64,000 nt of DNA from NCBI GenBank assembly GCA_964430755.1, contig CAYSFT010000002.1:21001-85000 (forward strand). The letters run 5' to 3'. Positions 1 to 9,383 of this stretch are shown here, one piece after another. Source of the DNA: an uncultured Lachnospiraceae bacterium. Lineage in GTDB: Bacteria > Bacillota > Clostridia > Oscillospirales > CAG-272. The position numbers and the translations under genes were made by a program. Under the pieces are notes generated by a model. That model ran no database searches and was not told the DNA's origin. It was given only the letters and a program-made list of their open reading frames with translations. Position 1 is the stretch's first letter. Each line of letters starts with the position of its first letter.

Positions 1-84
1 TGTCATGAGCTTGATCACCTTGAGGGTATACTTTTCACAGACAATGTTGTCCGTATGCTTGATCCCGACGAGGTTGAAGCGTGA
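1..84 (+). CDS. def: peptide deformylase, C-terminal fragment (5' end lies outside the window)
   Basis: Frame 1 reads CHELDHLEGILFTDNVVRMLDPDEVEA*, which contains the HExxH metal-binding box typical of PDF. It sits immediately upstream of fmt, the classical def-fmt order. Confidence 0.8.
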   Translation, partial: CHELDHLEGILFTDNVVRMLDPDEVEA

Positions 85-85
85 T

Positions 86-1042
86 ATGAAATCAAAGATA
101 TTATTCATGGGTACGCCCGATTTTGCGAAGATACAGCTTGAAGCTCTGATTGGAGCGGGTGCAGACGTTATCGGTGTTGTAACCCAGCCCGACAAGCCAA
201 AGGGACGCAAAATGATATTGACTCCGCCGCCGGTTAAGGTGTGTGCCGAGGAACACGGCATTACTGTATACCAGCCGACCACTCTGCGCGGCGATGAATT
301 TGCATCACTTCTTGATTCTCTTGCGCCGGAGCTTATAATTGTTGCCGCTTACGGCAAGATTCTGCCAGAGAATGTTATCAACTATCCGCGCCTCGGATGC
401 ATTAACGTGCACGGCTCGCTTCTTCCGAAATATCGTGGTGCGGCGCCGATACAGCGTGCCATTATCGACGGTGAGTCTGAAACGGGTATCACGATAATGT
501 ATATGGATGTCGGGCTTGACACGGGCGATATGCTCTCCAAAGTGACAGTCCCGATTGAAGCTGACGACAACTTTGAAACCATGCACGATAAGCTTGCAGA
601 TGCAGGTGCAAAGCTGCTTCTTGAAACAGTTACGGCACTCGAAAACGGCAGTGCATCCCGTGAAAAGCAGGATGACACAAAATCCACCTATGCCGCAAAG
701 ATTGAGAACGCAGACTGTATACTCGATTTTTCCTGCAATGCAACAGAGGTGTTCAACCGTATTCGTGGACTTTCACCGTTTCCGCTCTCGGTCTCATCGC
801 ATAACGGTAAGTCGCTGAAGATAGTGCGTGCCGAGCTTGCCGATGATAAAAAATCACATGACAATCCCGGCGAGGTTCTCGCTCTTGATGCGGCTAAGAA
901 CCGTATTGAGGTTGCCTGTGGTGTCGGTTCCATTGCAGTGACCAACCTTCTTCCCGAGGGCAAGAGCCGCATGAGTGCTGCCGATTATATCAACGGAAGA
1001 AAGATATCCGTCGGAGACGTGCTCGAAAAATATTCTAAATAA
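86..1042 (+). CDS. fmt: methionyl-tRNA formyltransferase
   Basis: MKSKILFMGTPDFA... and HGSLLPKYRGAAPIQRAI are formyltransferase motifs. I chose the ATG at 86 over the track start at 5 because bases 1-84 encode the end of def. Confidence 0.95.
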   Translation: MKSKILFMGTPDFAKIQLEALIGAGADVIGVVTQPDKPKGRKMILTPPPVKVCAEEHGITVYQPTTLRGDEFASLLDSLAPELIIVAAYGKILPENVINYPRLGCINVHGSLLPKYRGAAPIQRAIIDGESETGITIMYMDVGLDTGDMLSKVTVPIEADDNFETMHDKLADAGAKLLLETVTALENGSASREKQDDTKSTYAAKIENADCILDFSCNATEVFNRIRGLSPFPLSVSSHNGKSLKIVRAELADDKKSHDNPGEVLALDAAKNRIEVACGVGSIAVTNLLPEGKSRMSAADYINGRKISVGDVLEKYSK

Positions 1043-1053
1043 GAGGAAATAAT

Positions 1054-1752
1054 ATGCTATTCTACGGTATAGATGCAACGTATCTTATACTCGTCCTGCC
1101 TGCGGTGCTGTTCGCACTTTGGGCGCAGATGAACGTCCAGGGAACATTCAAAAAATACGCAAAAGTCGCTTCAAAGCGAGGAATGACCGGCTTTGACGCG
1201 GCAAGACAGATTCTTGATGCAAACGGACTTCATCATGTTCGTATCGGACAGGTGCAGGGTGATCTCACAGACCACTTTAATCCTAAAGATAACACCGTTT
1301 ATCTTTCCGATACGGTACACTCCGAAAAAAGTGCCGCTGCGATAGGTGTTGCCGCGCATGAGGCAGGTCACGCTGTTCAGTATGCAGTCGGTTATTCTCC
1401 GATGAAGCTTCGCTCGGCGATAATTCCGATAACCAATATCGGTTCAAACCTTGCAATTCCGCTTGTGCTTCTCGGTATACTTTTGTCATTCCCGGCGCTT
1501 GCTTATGTCGGCGTTATCGCGTTCGGTTTATCGACGGTGTTTCAGCTTGTAACGCTTCCCGTTGAATTTAACGCAAGCTCACGTGCAATGGCGGCTCTCA
1601 GTGCATCGGGACAGCTTGACAAGGATGAACTGAAAAGCGCGAGAAAGGTGTTAACAGCCGCGGCGCTGACATATGTTGCGGCACTTGCCGTTTCGCTTGC
1701 TAACTTAATAAGAATATTTCTGCTTGCCAAGCGCTCGGACAGACGAAGATAA
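1054..1752 (+). CDS. putative neutral zinc metallopeptidase (YugP-like membrane protein)
   Basis: HEAGHAVQ zinc motif plus several hydrophobic segments. The RBS is aggaaataatATG. Confidence 0.8.
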   Translation: MLFYGIDATYLILVLPAVLFALWAQMNVQGTFKKYAKVASKRGMTGFDAARQILDANGLHHVRIGQVQGDLTDHFNPKDNTVYLSDTVHSEKSAAAIGVAAHEAGHAVQYAVGYSPMKLRSAIIPITNIGSNLAIPLVLLGILLSFPALAYVGVIAFGLSTVFQLVTLPVEFNASSRAMAALSASGQLDKDELKSARKVLTAAALTYVAALAVSLANLIRIFLLAKRSDRRR

Positions 1753-3080
1753 TGGATAAGAAAAAATACACTGCCCGTGAGGCAGCTTACCGTTCGCTGA
1801 TACTTTGCGAGCGCGACAAAAAATATTCAAGCCTTGAAATTGATTCGTCAATAAAACGTTTTTCGCTTGAGGGTGCTGACAGGGGACTCTATACAGCCCT
1901 TGTTTACGGCGTTATCGAGCGGAAAATCACGCTTGATTATATAATCGGAAAGCTTTCATCAAAGCCGATGGAAAAGCTCGATGACGAGGTTATAACACTT
2001 CTGCGCCTCGGACTTTATCAGCTGATATGGCTTGACCGCATACCGGACAGTGCGGCGGTTAATGAAACCGTAAATCTTGCTAAAAAGAACGCGCCTCGTG
2101 CCGCATCGTTTATAAATGCCGTTCTGCGCGGTTTTCTGCGCACGATGGGTAAGGACAGCCTGCCGTATCCGAGCAAGGATGCATCTGATTATCTTTCTGT
2201 CAGATATTCTTGCGGCGAGGATGTGCTCTCGGTTCTTCGTGAGTCTGTTTCCGATGTGGAAGCTTTACTTGCGGCGTTTGAGGTGCAGCCTGATATAACG
2301 CTTCGGGTGAACACGCTGAAAATATCACGCGATGAACTGCTCGTAAGACTTGCCGAAAACGGTATTGATGCCGTACCGACGGAGTATTCACCGTTTGGTG
2401 TACGTCTTACGAAAAAGACACTGCCCAAAGAGGTTTCGGAACTTATTTCCGACGGAATCGTCTATATTCAGGACGAAGCGTCACAGATTGCCGTCCTTGC
2501 GGCATCCCCGAAGCCTGATACTACTCTTATAGACACCTGTGCCTGCCCGGGAGGTAAAAGCTTCTCGGCGGCGATACTTATGGAAAACCGCGGCCGCGTT
2601 ATGAGCTTCGATCTTCACAAAAACAAGCTCTCCCTTGTTGAATCGGGCGCGAGGCGGCTTGGTATAAATATTATAGAAACCGCAGAAAAAAACGGCTCGA
2701 AGCGTGATGAAGCACTTGTCTCGTCCGCCGACACCGTTATTTGTGACGTGCCCTGCTCGGGACTCGGTGTTATTGCGAAAAAGCCCGAGATACGCTATAA
2801 ATCCGGCGAGGAGATTGAGCGTTTACCCGAGATTCAGTATGCGATACTCTCAAATTCGGCGGCATATGTCAAGAGCGGCGGAGTGCTGTGTTATTCAACG
2901 TGTACCGTAAATAAGGCGGAAAATGAGGCTGTTGTAATGCGTTTTCTTACAGAGAACAGTGAGTTTTTTGCGGAGGATTTCAGTATTGGTACGCTTGAAA
3001 GTGCGGACGGTATGCTGACTCTGCTTCCGAATGTACACGGCACGGACGGTTTCTTTGTTGCAAAACTTCGTAAAAAATAA
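1752..3080 (+). CDS. rsmB: 16S rRNA (cytosine967-C5)-methyltransferase
   Basis: NusB-like N-terminus followed by a SAM methyltransferase core (DTCACPGGKS, DVPCSGLG, YSTCT). TAATG overlap with the upstream gene. Confidence 0.9.
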   Translation: MDKKKYTAREAAYRSLILCERDKKYSSLEIDSSIKRFSLEGADRGLYTALVYGVIERKITLDYIIGKLSSKPMEKLDDEVITLLRLGLYQLIWLDRIPDSAAVNETVNLAKKNAPRAASFINAVLRGFLRTMGKDSLPYPSKDASDYLSVRYSCGEDVLSVLRESVSDVEALLAAFEVQPDITLRVNTLKISRDELLVRLAENGIDAVPTEYSPFGVRLTKKTLPKEVSELISDGIVYIQDEASQIAVLAASPKPDTTLIDTCACPGGKSFSAAILMENRGRVMSFDLHKNKLSLVESGARRLGINIIETAEKNGSKRDEALVSSADTVICDVPCSGLGVIAKKPEIRYKSGEEIERLPEIQYAILSNSAAYVKSGGVLCYSTCTVNKAENEAVVMRFLTENSEFFAEDFSIGTLESADGMLTLLPNVHGTDGFFVAKLRKK

Positions 3081-3089
3081 GGAAAGATT

Positions 3090-4172
3090 ATGTTGACTGT
3101 AAACGGAAAAGCCGATCTTCTTTCGATGAATATTCCCGAGCTTGGGGAATTTTTGGCTTCGCTCGGCGAGCCCAAATACCGCGCAAAGCAGGTCTTTTCC
3201 TGGATGCATCGCGGCGTTTCGATTGACGGCATGACCGATATTTCAAAAAAGCTTCGTGAAAAGCTTTCAGAGACGGCACTTGTCGATTTCCCGAGTGTTG
3301 AACAAAAATTAGTTTCAAGGCTTGACGGAACGGTGAAGTATCTTTTCGGACTTCACGACGGTAATGTTATCGAGAGCGTTTTCATGCGATATAAGCACGG
3401 TAACACCATCTGCATATCAAGCGAGGTCGGCTGTCCGATGGGATGCAAATTCTGCGCTTCGACTATCGGCGGACTCGTCAGAAAGCTATCTCCTGCTGAA
3501 CTTCTCGGTCAGGTTATTGCCGCCCAGCGCGATATGGGTGAGCGGATTTCCAATATAGTTATGATGGGCATCGGTGAGCCGCTTGATAATTTTGATAATA
3601 CGCTGAAATTTTTGAGTCTTGTCGGCGATCCTTGCGGACTTAATATCGGTTCAAGACATATTTCGCTTTCAACTTGCGGTCTTGTTGATAAGATTGACGA
3701 GCTCGCGAGGCATGATCTTCAGATAACGCTTTCAATATCGCTTCATGCGGCAGACGATGAAACACGTTCGTCGATAATGCCGGTTAATAATAAATGGAAC
3801 ATAGAATCACTGCTTGAAGCTTGCAGACGTTATTTTGCGGCGACGGGACGGCGTATTTCGTTTGAGTATACGCTTATTGCAGGAAAGAACGATTCACCCG
3901 AATATGCTAAACGTCTCGCAAACACATTGAAGCACGGGCTTTACCGTTCATCAAAGCCGTTTCCGATACACGTGAATCTCATTCCGGTAAATGAGGTTGA
4001 GGAAAGCGGATTCTCTCGTTCAAGCGGCGACGCGGTTAAGAAGTTCTCGGAGATACTTAATTCGCTCGGTGTAAATGCAACCGTCAGACGTAAGCTTGGC
4101 GGCGATATAAACGCTTCCTGCGGTCAGCTTCGCCGTGCTAAACTTAAAGCGGATACAGCGGCTGATGCTTGA
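3090..4172 (+). CDS. rlmN: 23S rRNA/tRNA (adenine-C2)-methyltransferase, radical SAM
   Basis: CPMGCKFCAS radical SAM cluster motif, GIGEPLDN, and the C-terminal INASCGQL cysteine. Confidence 0.95.
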   Translation: MLTVNGKADLLSMNIPELGEFLASLGEPKYRAKQVFSWMHRGVSIDGMTDISKKLREKLSETALVDFPSVEQKLVSRLDGTVKYLFGLHDGNVIESVFMRYKHGNTICISSEVGCPMGCKFCASTIGGLVRKLSPAELLGQVIAAQRDMGERISNIVMMGIGEPLDNFDNTLKFLSLVGDPCGLNIGSRHISLSTCGLVDKIDELARHDLQITLSISLHAADDETRSSIMPVNNKWNIESLLEACRRYFAATGRRISFEYTLIAGKNDSPEYAKRLANTLKHGLYRSSKPFPIHVNLIPVNEVEESGFSRSSGDAVKKFSEILNSLGVNATVRRKLGGDINASCGQLRRAKLKADTAADA

Positions 4173-4289
4173 AGATATGTGTAACTTTTAAGATTTTATT
4201 CTTTTTTCTGTCATATATGTATAATATAATATAAGATGTTCGTATTAACCGTTTGGGGAGTCGCCCCAAAGAGAGGAATGATCGTATAA

Positions 4290-5093
4290 ATGAATTTTTT
4301 CGGTAAAAGTGATGTCGGTTTGGTGCGTACGGAAAATCAGGATAGCTATGTTATCCGTCCTGTATGCAAAAATGCAACGCTCTGCGTCGTTTGTGACGGT
4401 ATGGGCGGTGCGAAAAGCGGTAACGTCGCAAGCCGGCAGGCAATAGACACATTTGTTGAGAATGTTGTCAAATATGCGTCGGCAAAGCTGAATCGTGACG
4501 GTTCACTGTCGCTTTCGAGTGACGATGCCTGTGTCATTCTCGATGATGCCGCACGTGACGCCAACAAAACTGTATATGATTTAGCGCAGACCTCGCCCGA
4601 TTATCAGGGAATGGGTACTACGCTTGTCGGTGCGCTTTTCTGCGACAATATGGTTTATGTTATCAATATCGGAGACAGCCGTCTCTATCTTATTTCCAAT
4701 AATACGATCACTCAGATTACTCATGACCATTCCTATATTCAGCATCTTATTGACAGCGGCACCGTCAGTGTTGAGGAAGCGAGAAACCATCCGTTCAGAA
4801 ACCGTATTACACGCGCTGTCGGAATTGCTTCCGAAATTGAATCGGATATTTTCTCCGTTGACCTTTCAGAGCTTGACGTTGCTTACTTACTTCTTTGCTC
4901 GGACGGACTTTCCGGTCTGCTTTTTCCCGAGGATATATATGAGATGATATCCTCCGATCTTGATATTGAACTCGTTACAGACATTGAATCGGAGCTTTGC
5001 GATAAAACCGATCGCCTTATAAAAGCTGCCAACGACGCCGGCGGAACAGACAATATAACCGCGGTACTTGTAAAATATATAAAGGAGCGGTGA
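4290..5093 (+). CDS. stp: PP2C-family Ser/Thr protein phosphatase
   Basis: VCDGMGG, GDSRLY and GGTDNITAVLV motifs. Sits directly upstream of the PASTA kinase. Confidence 0.9.
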   Translation: MNFFGKSDVGLVRTENQDSYVIRPVCKNATLCVVCDGMGGAKSGNVASRQAIDTFVENVVKYASAKLNRDGSLSLSSDDACVILDDAARDANKTVYDLAQTSPDYQGMGTTLVGALFCDNMVYVINIGDSRLYLISNNTITQITHDHSYIQHLIDSGTVSVEEARNHPFRNRITRAVGIASEIESDIFSVDLSELDVAYLLLCSDGLSGLLFPEDIYEMISSDLDIELVTDIESELCDKTDRLIKAANDAGGTDNITAVLVKYIKER

Positions 5094-5095
5094 TT

Positions 5096-6958
5096 ATGGA
5101 TCAGTTTGAAAGATATGTCGGACAGGTTTTCGACAAGCGTTACAGAATTGTTAAAGTTATCGGTATCGGTGGTATGGCTGTCGTTTTCGAGGCGACTGAC
5201 CTTCTCATGCGCCGTAATGTTGCCGTGAAGATGCTTAAGGATGAGATCAACAACGATGTTCAGTCTGTTAAGCGTTTTATCAACGAAAGTAAGGCTGTTG
5301 CTATGCTTTCTCATCCCAATATCGTTAATATTTACGATGTTTCCGTTAAGGATTCACTGAAATATATCGTAATGGAGCTTGTTGAGGGTATAACTCTCAA
5401 AAATTACATTTTAAAGAAGGGTACTTTAAGCTTTGGTGAAATAATGAGCATCACCGAGCAGATACTTCGTGCTCTTGACCATGCACATCAGAAAGGCGTT
5501 GTCCACCGTGACATCAAGCCGCAGAATATCATGATGCTCAAAAACGGTTCGATCAAGGTTGCGGACTTTGGTATCGCAAAGCTTCCGAATGCTGAGACTG
5601 TAACCATGACGGACAAGGCAATCGGCACAGTGTTCTATATCAGTCCCGAGCAGGCAAGCGGCAAGAAAATTGACCGCAGAAGCGACATTTATTCACTTGG
5701 CGTAACTATGTATGAAATGGCGACCGGTAAGCTTCCGTTCGTTGCGGACAGCCCTGTAACCGTTGCGATAATGCAGGTTAAAAACCGTCCGCGTCCGCCG
5801 CGCGAGATCAACGATTCACTGCCTCTCGGACTTGAACAGATCATAATGGGCGCGATGGAAAAGAATCCCGACAACCGTTTCCAAAGTGCGGCACAAATGC
5901 TTCGTCACTTGGCGCAGGTTAAGAATAATCCGAGAACGGTTTTCAAAATGCCAAAGACAGAATCGTCCTATGAACCTGCTCCGGACGGTGGACAGGCTAT
6001 GCCCGATAATGTTAAAAAGCTCACAAGACCGACACGCGCCAGTCGTTCCATGTTTCCGGTCGTTGCAGGCGTTGCAAGCTCTTTCCTGATTGTTTTTCTG
6101 ATAAGCATGGTGGTTGTTTTCATGAAATTTTCTGAGGTTTCCGAAAATGATACATCAGAGCAGATAACAATTCCGAAATTTATCGGTAATTTTTACAGTG
6201 AAGACTATGAAGCACAGCTTGAAGACGGTTATTATAATGTTGAGGTTCAGTATATATACGATGCAAAATATCCGCAGAACGAGATTATCGGACAGGATCC
6301 GCTTCCCGATGAAAAGCGAAAAATAAATCCCGCCAAAAATCAGAAATGTGAGCTTATACTTAAGGTCAGCAAGGGCGCAACAACCTGCGAGCTTCCCGAT
6401 TTTGAATATAAAGATTCACGCTCGGCGGAAATTGAGATAAGAGCACTCGGACTTAAGCCTGTCATTATAAAAGAACAGCACGAGATTATCAGCGAGGGAT
6501 ATGTTATCCGCACCGATCCGGAGCCGGGAACAATACTTGAGGGCGGTGCTACTGTTACAATCTATGTCAGCAGCGGTCAGGAGATAGAGTATACGGTCGT
6601 TCCTGACTTCACCAATTGTACGGAAAATGAAGTTATGACACTGCTTGCCGAGCGAGGACTGCAGCTTGGTTATGTTTCAAAGGAATATAACGATAGCATT
6701 GAGGAGGGCAGGGTTATCAGTCAGAGCCTTTCGAAGGAGCAGCAGGTTCCGAGCGGAACAAAGATTGATTTTGTTATGAGTAAGGGTCCGTTTGTCGTTG
6801 AATCGGAAGAGACTACCGACGAGACCGGCGAGCCGATTGACAATCCGCTTGACCATCCTGATGATACAGAGAAGCAGCCGGATGCCTCGGATGACGAGAT
6901 GGAAGATCTGCTTGAAGCGATTTTAGGAGGTTCAGGCGGTGGATCCGGGGATGAGTGA
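5096..6958 (+). CDS. prkC: Ser/Thr protein kinase with extracellular PASTA repeats
   Basis: Hanks kinase motifs (VAVK, HRDIKPQN, DFGIA, SPEQ), one TM segment, and PASTA-like repeats. I chose the ATG at 5096, 8 nt after aaaggag; the track start at 5090 is a GTG. Confidence 0.9.
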   Translation: MDQFERYVGQVFDKRYRIVKVIGIGGMAVVFEATDLLMRRNVAVKMLKDEINNDVQSVKRFINESKAVAMLSHPNIVNIYDVSVKDSLKYIVMELVEGITLKNYILKKGTLSFGEIMSITEQILRALDHAHQKGVVHRDIKPQNIMMLKNGSIKVADFGIAKLPNAETVTMTDKAIGTVFYISPEQASGKKIDRRSDIYSLGVTMYEMATGKLPFVADSPVTVAIMQVKNRPRPPREINDSLPLGLEQIIMGAMEKNPDNRFQSAAQMLRHLAQVKNNPRTVFKMPKTESSYEPAPDGGQAMPDNVKKLTRPTRASRSMFPVVAGVASSFLIVFLISMVVVFMKFSEVSENDTSEQITIPKFIGNFYSEDYEAQLEDGYYNVEVQYIYDAKYPQNEIIGQDPLPDEKRKINPAKNQKCELILKVSKGATTCELPDFEYKDSRSAEIEIRALGLKPVIIKEQHEIISEGYVIRTDPEPGTILEGGATVTIYVSSGQEIEYTVVPDFTNCTENEVMTLLAERGLQLGYVSKEYNDSIEEGRVISQSLSKEQQVPSGTKIDFVMSKGPFVVESEETTDETGEPIDNPLDHPDDTEKQPDASDDEMEDLLEAILGGSGGGSGDE

Positions 6959-6964
6959 TATCCG

Positions 6965-7987
6965 ATGGAGCTGAAGCTTAAAGGCAAAATAATCAAGGGC
7001 GTCGGCGGCATATATGAGATTCGTATAAGCCGTGCGGATGCCGATATGCTTCGCGGTGACGGTATGAAGCTTGAGGGCGATACCTTGCTTTGTAAGGCAC
7101 GCGGTGTGTTCCGTCATGAAAAACTGACGCTTCTTGTCGGCGATGACGTTATTATCCGCATTGACACCGAGCTTGCTATGGCGTCGGACTCCGATTCGAG
7201 AGAGGGACGCACAAAACGTGACGAGGCTCGCGGCGGCGTTATGATCGAAGAAACGCTTCCACGCAAAAACGAGCTTATACGTCCTCCGATGGCGAACCTC
7301 GATATGATCTTCGCTGTCGTTGCCGCGGCAAAGCCCGAGCCTGCGCTTTCAACGGTTGATAAGCTGATAACAATCGCCGAATATAAGCGTATTGAGCCTG
7401 TTATAATCATCACCAAGGCAGATCTTGCGCCCGACGCGGCAGAGAATTATGCCTCGATTTACAGAAAATGCGGTTTTACCGTTTTCGTTGAAGGACTTGG
7501 GATCGACGGCGGCGAGCTTGAGGCGTTTATACGTGAAAATGCGGATAAGGTCTCGGCGTTCGCGGGAGCATCGGGTGTTGGCAAATCAACGCTCATGAAC
7601 CGACTTTTCCCATCTCTCGGACTCGTGACGGGTGAGATTAGTGAAAAGACCGAGCGCGGGCGTCACACAACACGTCACATTGAGCTTTATCCGCTTTCGC
7701 ATCAGTTTGGCGAGGGTACAACGGGATATCTTGCCGATACGCCGGGATTCGGAATGCTTGATTTTGTGCAGTTCGATTTTTACACGAAGGACGATCTGCC
7801 GCATGTGTTCCGCGAATTTGAGCCGTATATCGGTTTCTGTAAATACACCAAATGTACGCATACAAAAGAGGATGGCTGTGCACTGCTTGAAGCGGTCAGA
7901 ACAGGAGAAATACCGTCCGAGCGCCATAAGAGCTACCTCGAATTTTACGAAGTGCTGAAAAACAAGCACAAATGGGACAAAAAATGA
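6965..7987 (+). CDS. rsgA: ribosome small-subunit-dependent GTPase A
   Basis: Circularly permuted GTPase (TKADL ... GASGVGKST) with the C-terminal zinc knuckle CKYTKCTHTKEDGC. Confidence 0.9.
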   Translation: MELKLKGKIIKGVGGIYEIRISRADADMLRGDGMKLEGDTLLCKARGVFRHEKLTLLVGDDVIIRIDTELAMASDSDSREGRTKRDEARGGVMIEETLPRKNELIRPPMANLDMIFAVVAAAKPEPALSTVDKLITIAEYKRIEPVIIITKADLAPDAAENYASIYRKCGFTVFVEGLGIDGGELEAFIRENADKVSAFAGASGVGKSTLMNRLFPSLGLVTGEISEKTERGRHTTRHIELYPLSHQFGEGTTGYLADTPGFGMLDFVQFDFYTKDDLPHVFREFEPYIGFCKYTKCTHTKEDGCALLEAVRTGEIPSERHKSYLEFYEVLKNKHKWDKK

Positions 7988-8643
7988 GCATGGACTGTTA
8001 TATTTTTACGGGCGGACAAGTTTTTGCGGGTTCGCTTTCGGAGCTATCTCTCACGCCAAAGGACACAGACCTTGTGATCGCCGCAGACAGTGGTTATCTT
8101 ACGGCGCGCAGATTTGGAGTTACTCCCGACATATTGCTCGGCGATCTTGATTCGCTTGATAAATCCGCACTCTTGCCGCATGAACTTGATGAGCTTGAAA
8201 AAATCATCGCTCCTGCGATAAAGGATGACACGGACACACAGCTTGCGGTTGATACTGCAATTGAGCGAGGCGCGGAGAATGTCTATATAATCGGCGGACT
8301 CGGCGGACGGCTTGATCACACGCTTTCGAGTGTATTCTTGCTTGAATATATCATCAATCACGGTGTCGGATGTATGATGACGGACGGAAGAAATACTGTT
8401 CGCGTGCTTTCGGCTTACGGTGAGCGTTGTTCAGTGACGGTTGAAAAGGGGTACAAATATTTATCGGTGATTTCGCTGTCGGATATTTGCCTTGGTGTTT
8501 CGGTGAGCGGCGTGTTTTATCCGCTTGAAGATGCCCGACTTACGCGGAAATATTCTTATGCTGTAAGTAATGAGATTACAGAGAATTTTGCGGTAATATC
8601 ACTTTGTGAGGGCGTTTTGCTCATAATCGAGAGTCGCGATTAA
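7984..8643 (+). CDS. thiN: thiamine pyrophosphokinase
   Basis: GDLDS, DDTDTQLA and GGLGGRLDH motifs. ATGA overlap with the rsgA stop; an alternative ATG lies at 7972. Confidence 0.85.
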   Translation: MSMDCYIFTGGQVFAGSLSELSLTPKDTDLVIAADSGYLTARRFGVTPDILLGDLDSLDKSALLPHELDELEKIIAPAIKDDTDTQLAVDTAIERGAENVYIIGGLGGRLDHTLSSVFLLEYIINHGVGCMMTDGRNTVRVLSAYGERCSVTVEKGYKYLSVISLSDICLGVSVSGVFYPLEDARLTRKYSYAVSNEITENFAVISLCEGVLLIIESRD

Positions 8644-8725
8644 CAAACTTACAAAATTGCGCATATGATGAAATGAGGAGCTAACAAGCGTACCAATTAA
8701 ACTCACGAAGGGATATGCTATACTT

Positions 8726-8803
8726 ATGAAAGTTGTTGTTATGAAGTCTCCGCGGATATTTATTCCGCTTCTCAAAAGAATTTTTAAAATCGGAAAAAAG
8801 TGA
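8726..8803 (+). CDS. possible 25-aa cationic amphipathic peptide (MKVVVMKSPRIFIPLLKRIFKIGKK)
   Basis: Short ORF read by eye, followed 13 nt later by a clean terminator. The RBS is weak and no promoter is visible. Confidence 0.2.
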   Translation: MKVVVMKSPRIFIPLLKRIFKIGKK

Positions 8804-8815
8804 ATATATTCGGAG

Positions 8816-8843
8816 AAGCCGCAGTTTTGAAGCGGCTTTTTCC
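8816..8843 (+). terminator. rho-independent terminator
   Basis: Stem aagccgc / gcggctt with an 8-nt loop, followed by a T-run. Confidence 0.6.
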
Positions 8844-8915
8844 TGTTTTATGGGCGTACTTCTGCTATCAATTTGGCGTTCAAAAAAATTTTTTGCAAAA
8901 ACTACTCGAATAGTA

Positions 8916-8944
8916 TTGACAAATCCATACTATTGTGGTAGAAT
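8916..8944 (+). promoter_or_regulatory. sigma-A-type promoter of the blaI/blaR1-like operon
   Basis: TTGACA (8916-8921), 17-nt spacer, then TGgTAGAAT extended -10 (8939-8944). Confidence 0.6.
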
Positions 8945-8948
8945 AGTT

Positions 8949-8966
8949 ATACTATCATGATAGTAT
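8949..8966. promoter_or_regulatory. 18-bp perfect palindrome, candidate BlaI-family operator
   Basis: ATACTATCATGATAGTAT is its own reverse complement and lies just downstream of the -10. Further ATAGTAT/ATACTAT half-sites occur at 8910 and 8927. Confidence 0.55.
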
Positions 8967-9023
8967 GGCGCAGACCGTGGGAGTGCACGCTCATGCGAAG
9001 CGTCAACAATAAGGAGAATTTTT

Positions 9024-9383
9024 ATGACAATAAAACTATTCGATTCCGAATTAAAGGTGATGAATGTGCTCTGGAAAAACGGCGATACCACCGCAAAACG
9101 AATTGCCGAAATCCTCGGCGAAGAAATCGGTTGGAACGTCAACACCACATATACAGTCATCAAAAAATGTATTGCAAAGGATGCGATCAAACGAAGTGAG
9201 CCGGGATTCCTCTGCCATGCCCTTGTTACAAAGCGAGAAGTGCAGGAGATCGAAACCTGCGAGCTTATCGACAAGCTTTACGAGGGCGCGGCGGACAAGC
9301 TCGTTGCCTGTCTTATTGAGGGAAAACGTCTTACACCCGATGAAATCGCACGCCTTAAAGCAATGGTGGAGGAGCTTAAATGA
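9024..9383 (+). CDS. BlaI/MecI/CopY-family transcriptional repressor
   Basis: 119-aa winged-helix protein (ELKVMNVLW..., TTYTVIKKC). ATGA-coupled to an M56 transducer gene. Confidence 0.9.
   Translation: MTIKLFDSELKVMNVLWKNGDTTAKRIAEILGEEIGWNVNTTYTVIKKCIAKDAIKRSEPGFLCHALVTKREVQEIETCELIDKLYEGAADKLVACLIEGKRLTPDEIARLKAMVEELK

Noticed and set aside
5-85. 27-codon N-terminal extension of fmt in the ORF track.
   Set aside because: This stretch encodes the C-terminus of def in another frame. The conserved Fmt N-terminus starts at the ATG at 86.
7987-7990. Absence of rpe between rsgA and thiN in the otherwise canonical prkC-rsgA-rpe-thiN cluster.
   Set aside because: rsgA and thiN overlap cleanly (ATGA) with no scar or pseudogene. 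This is probably a lineage-specific gene order, not a deletion artefact.
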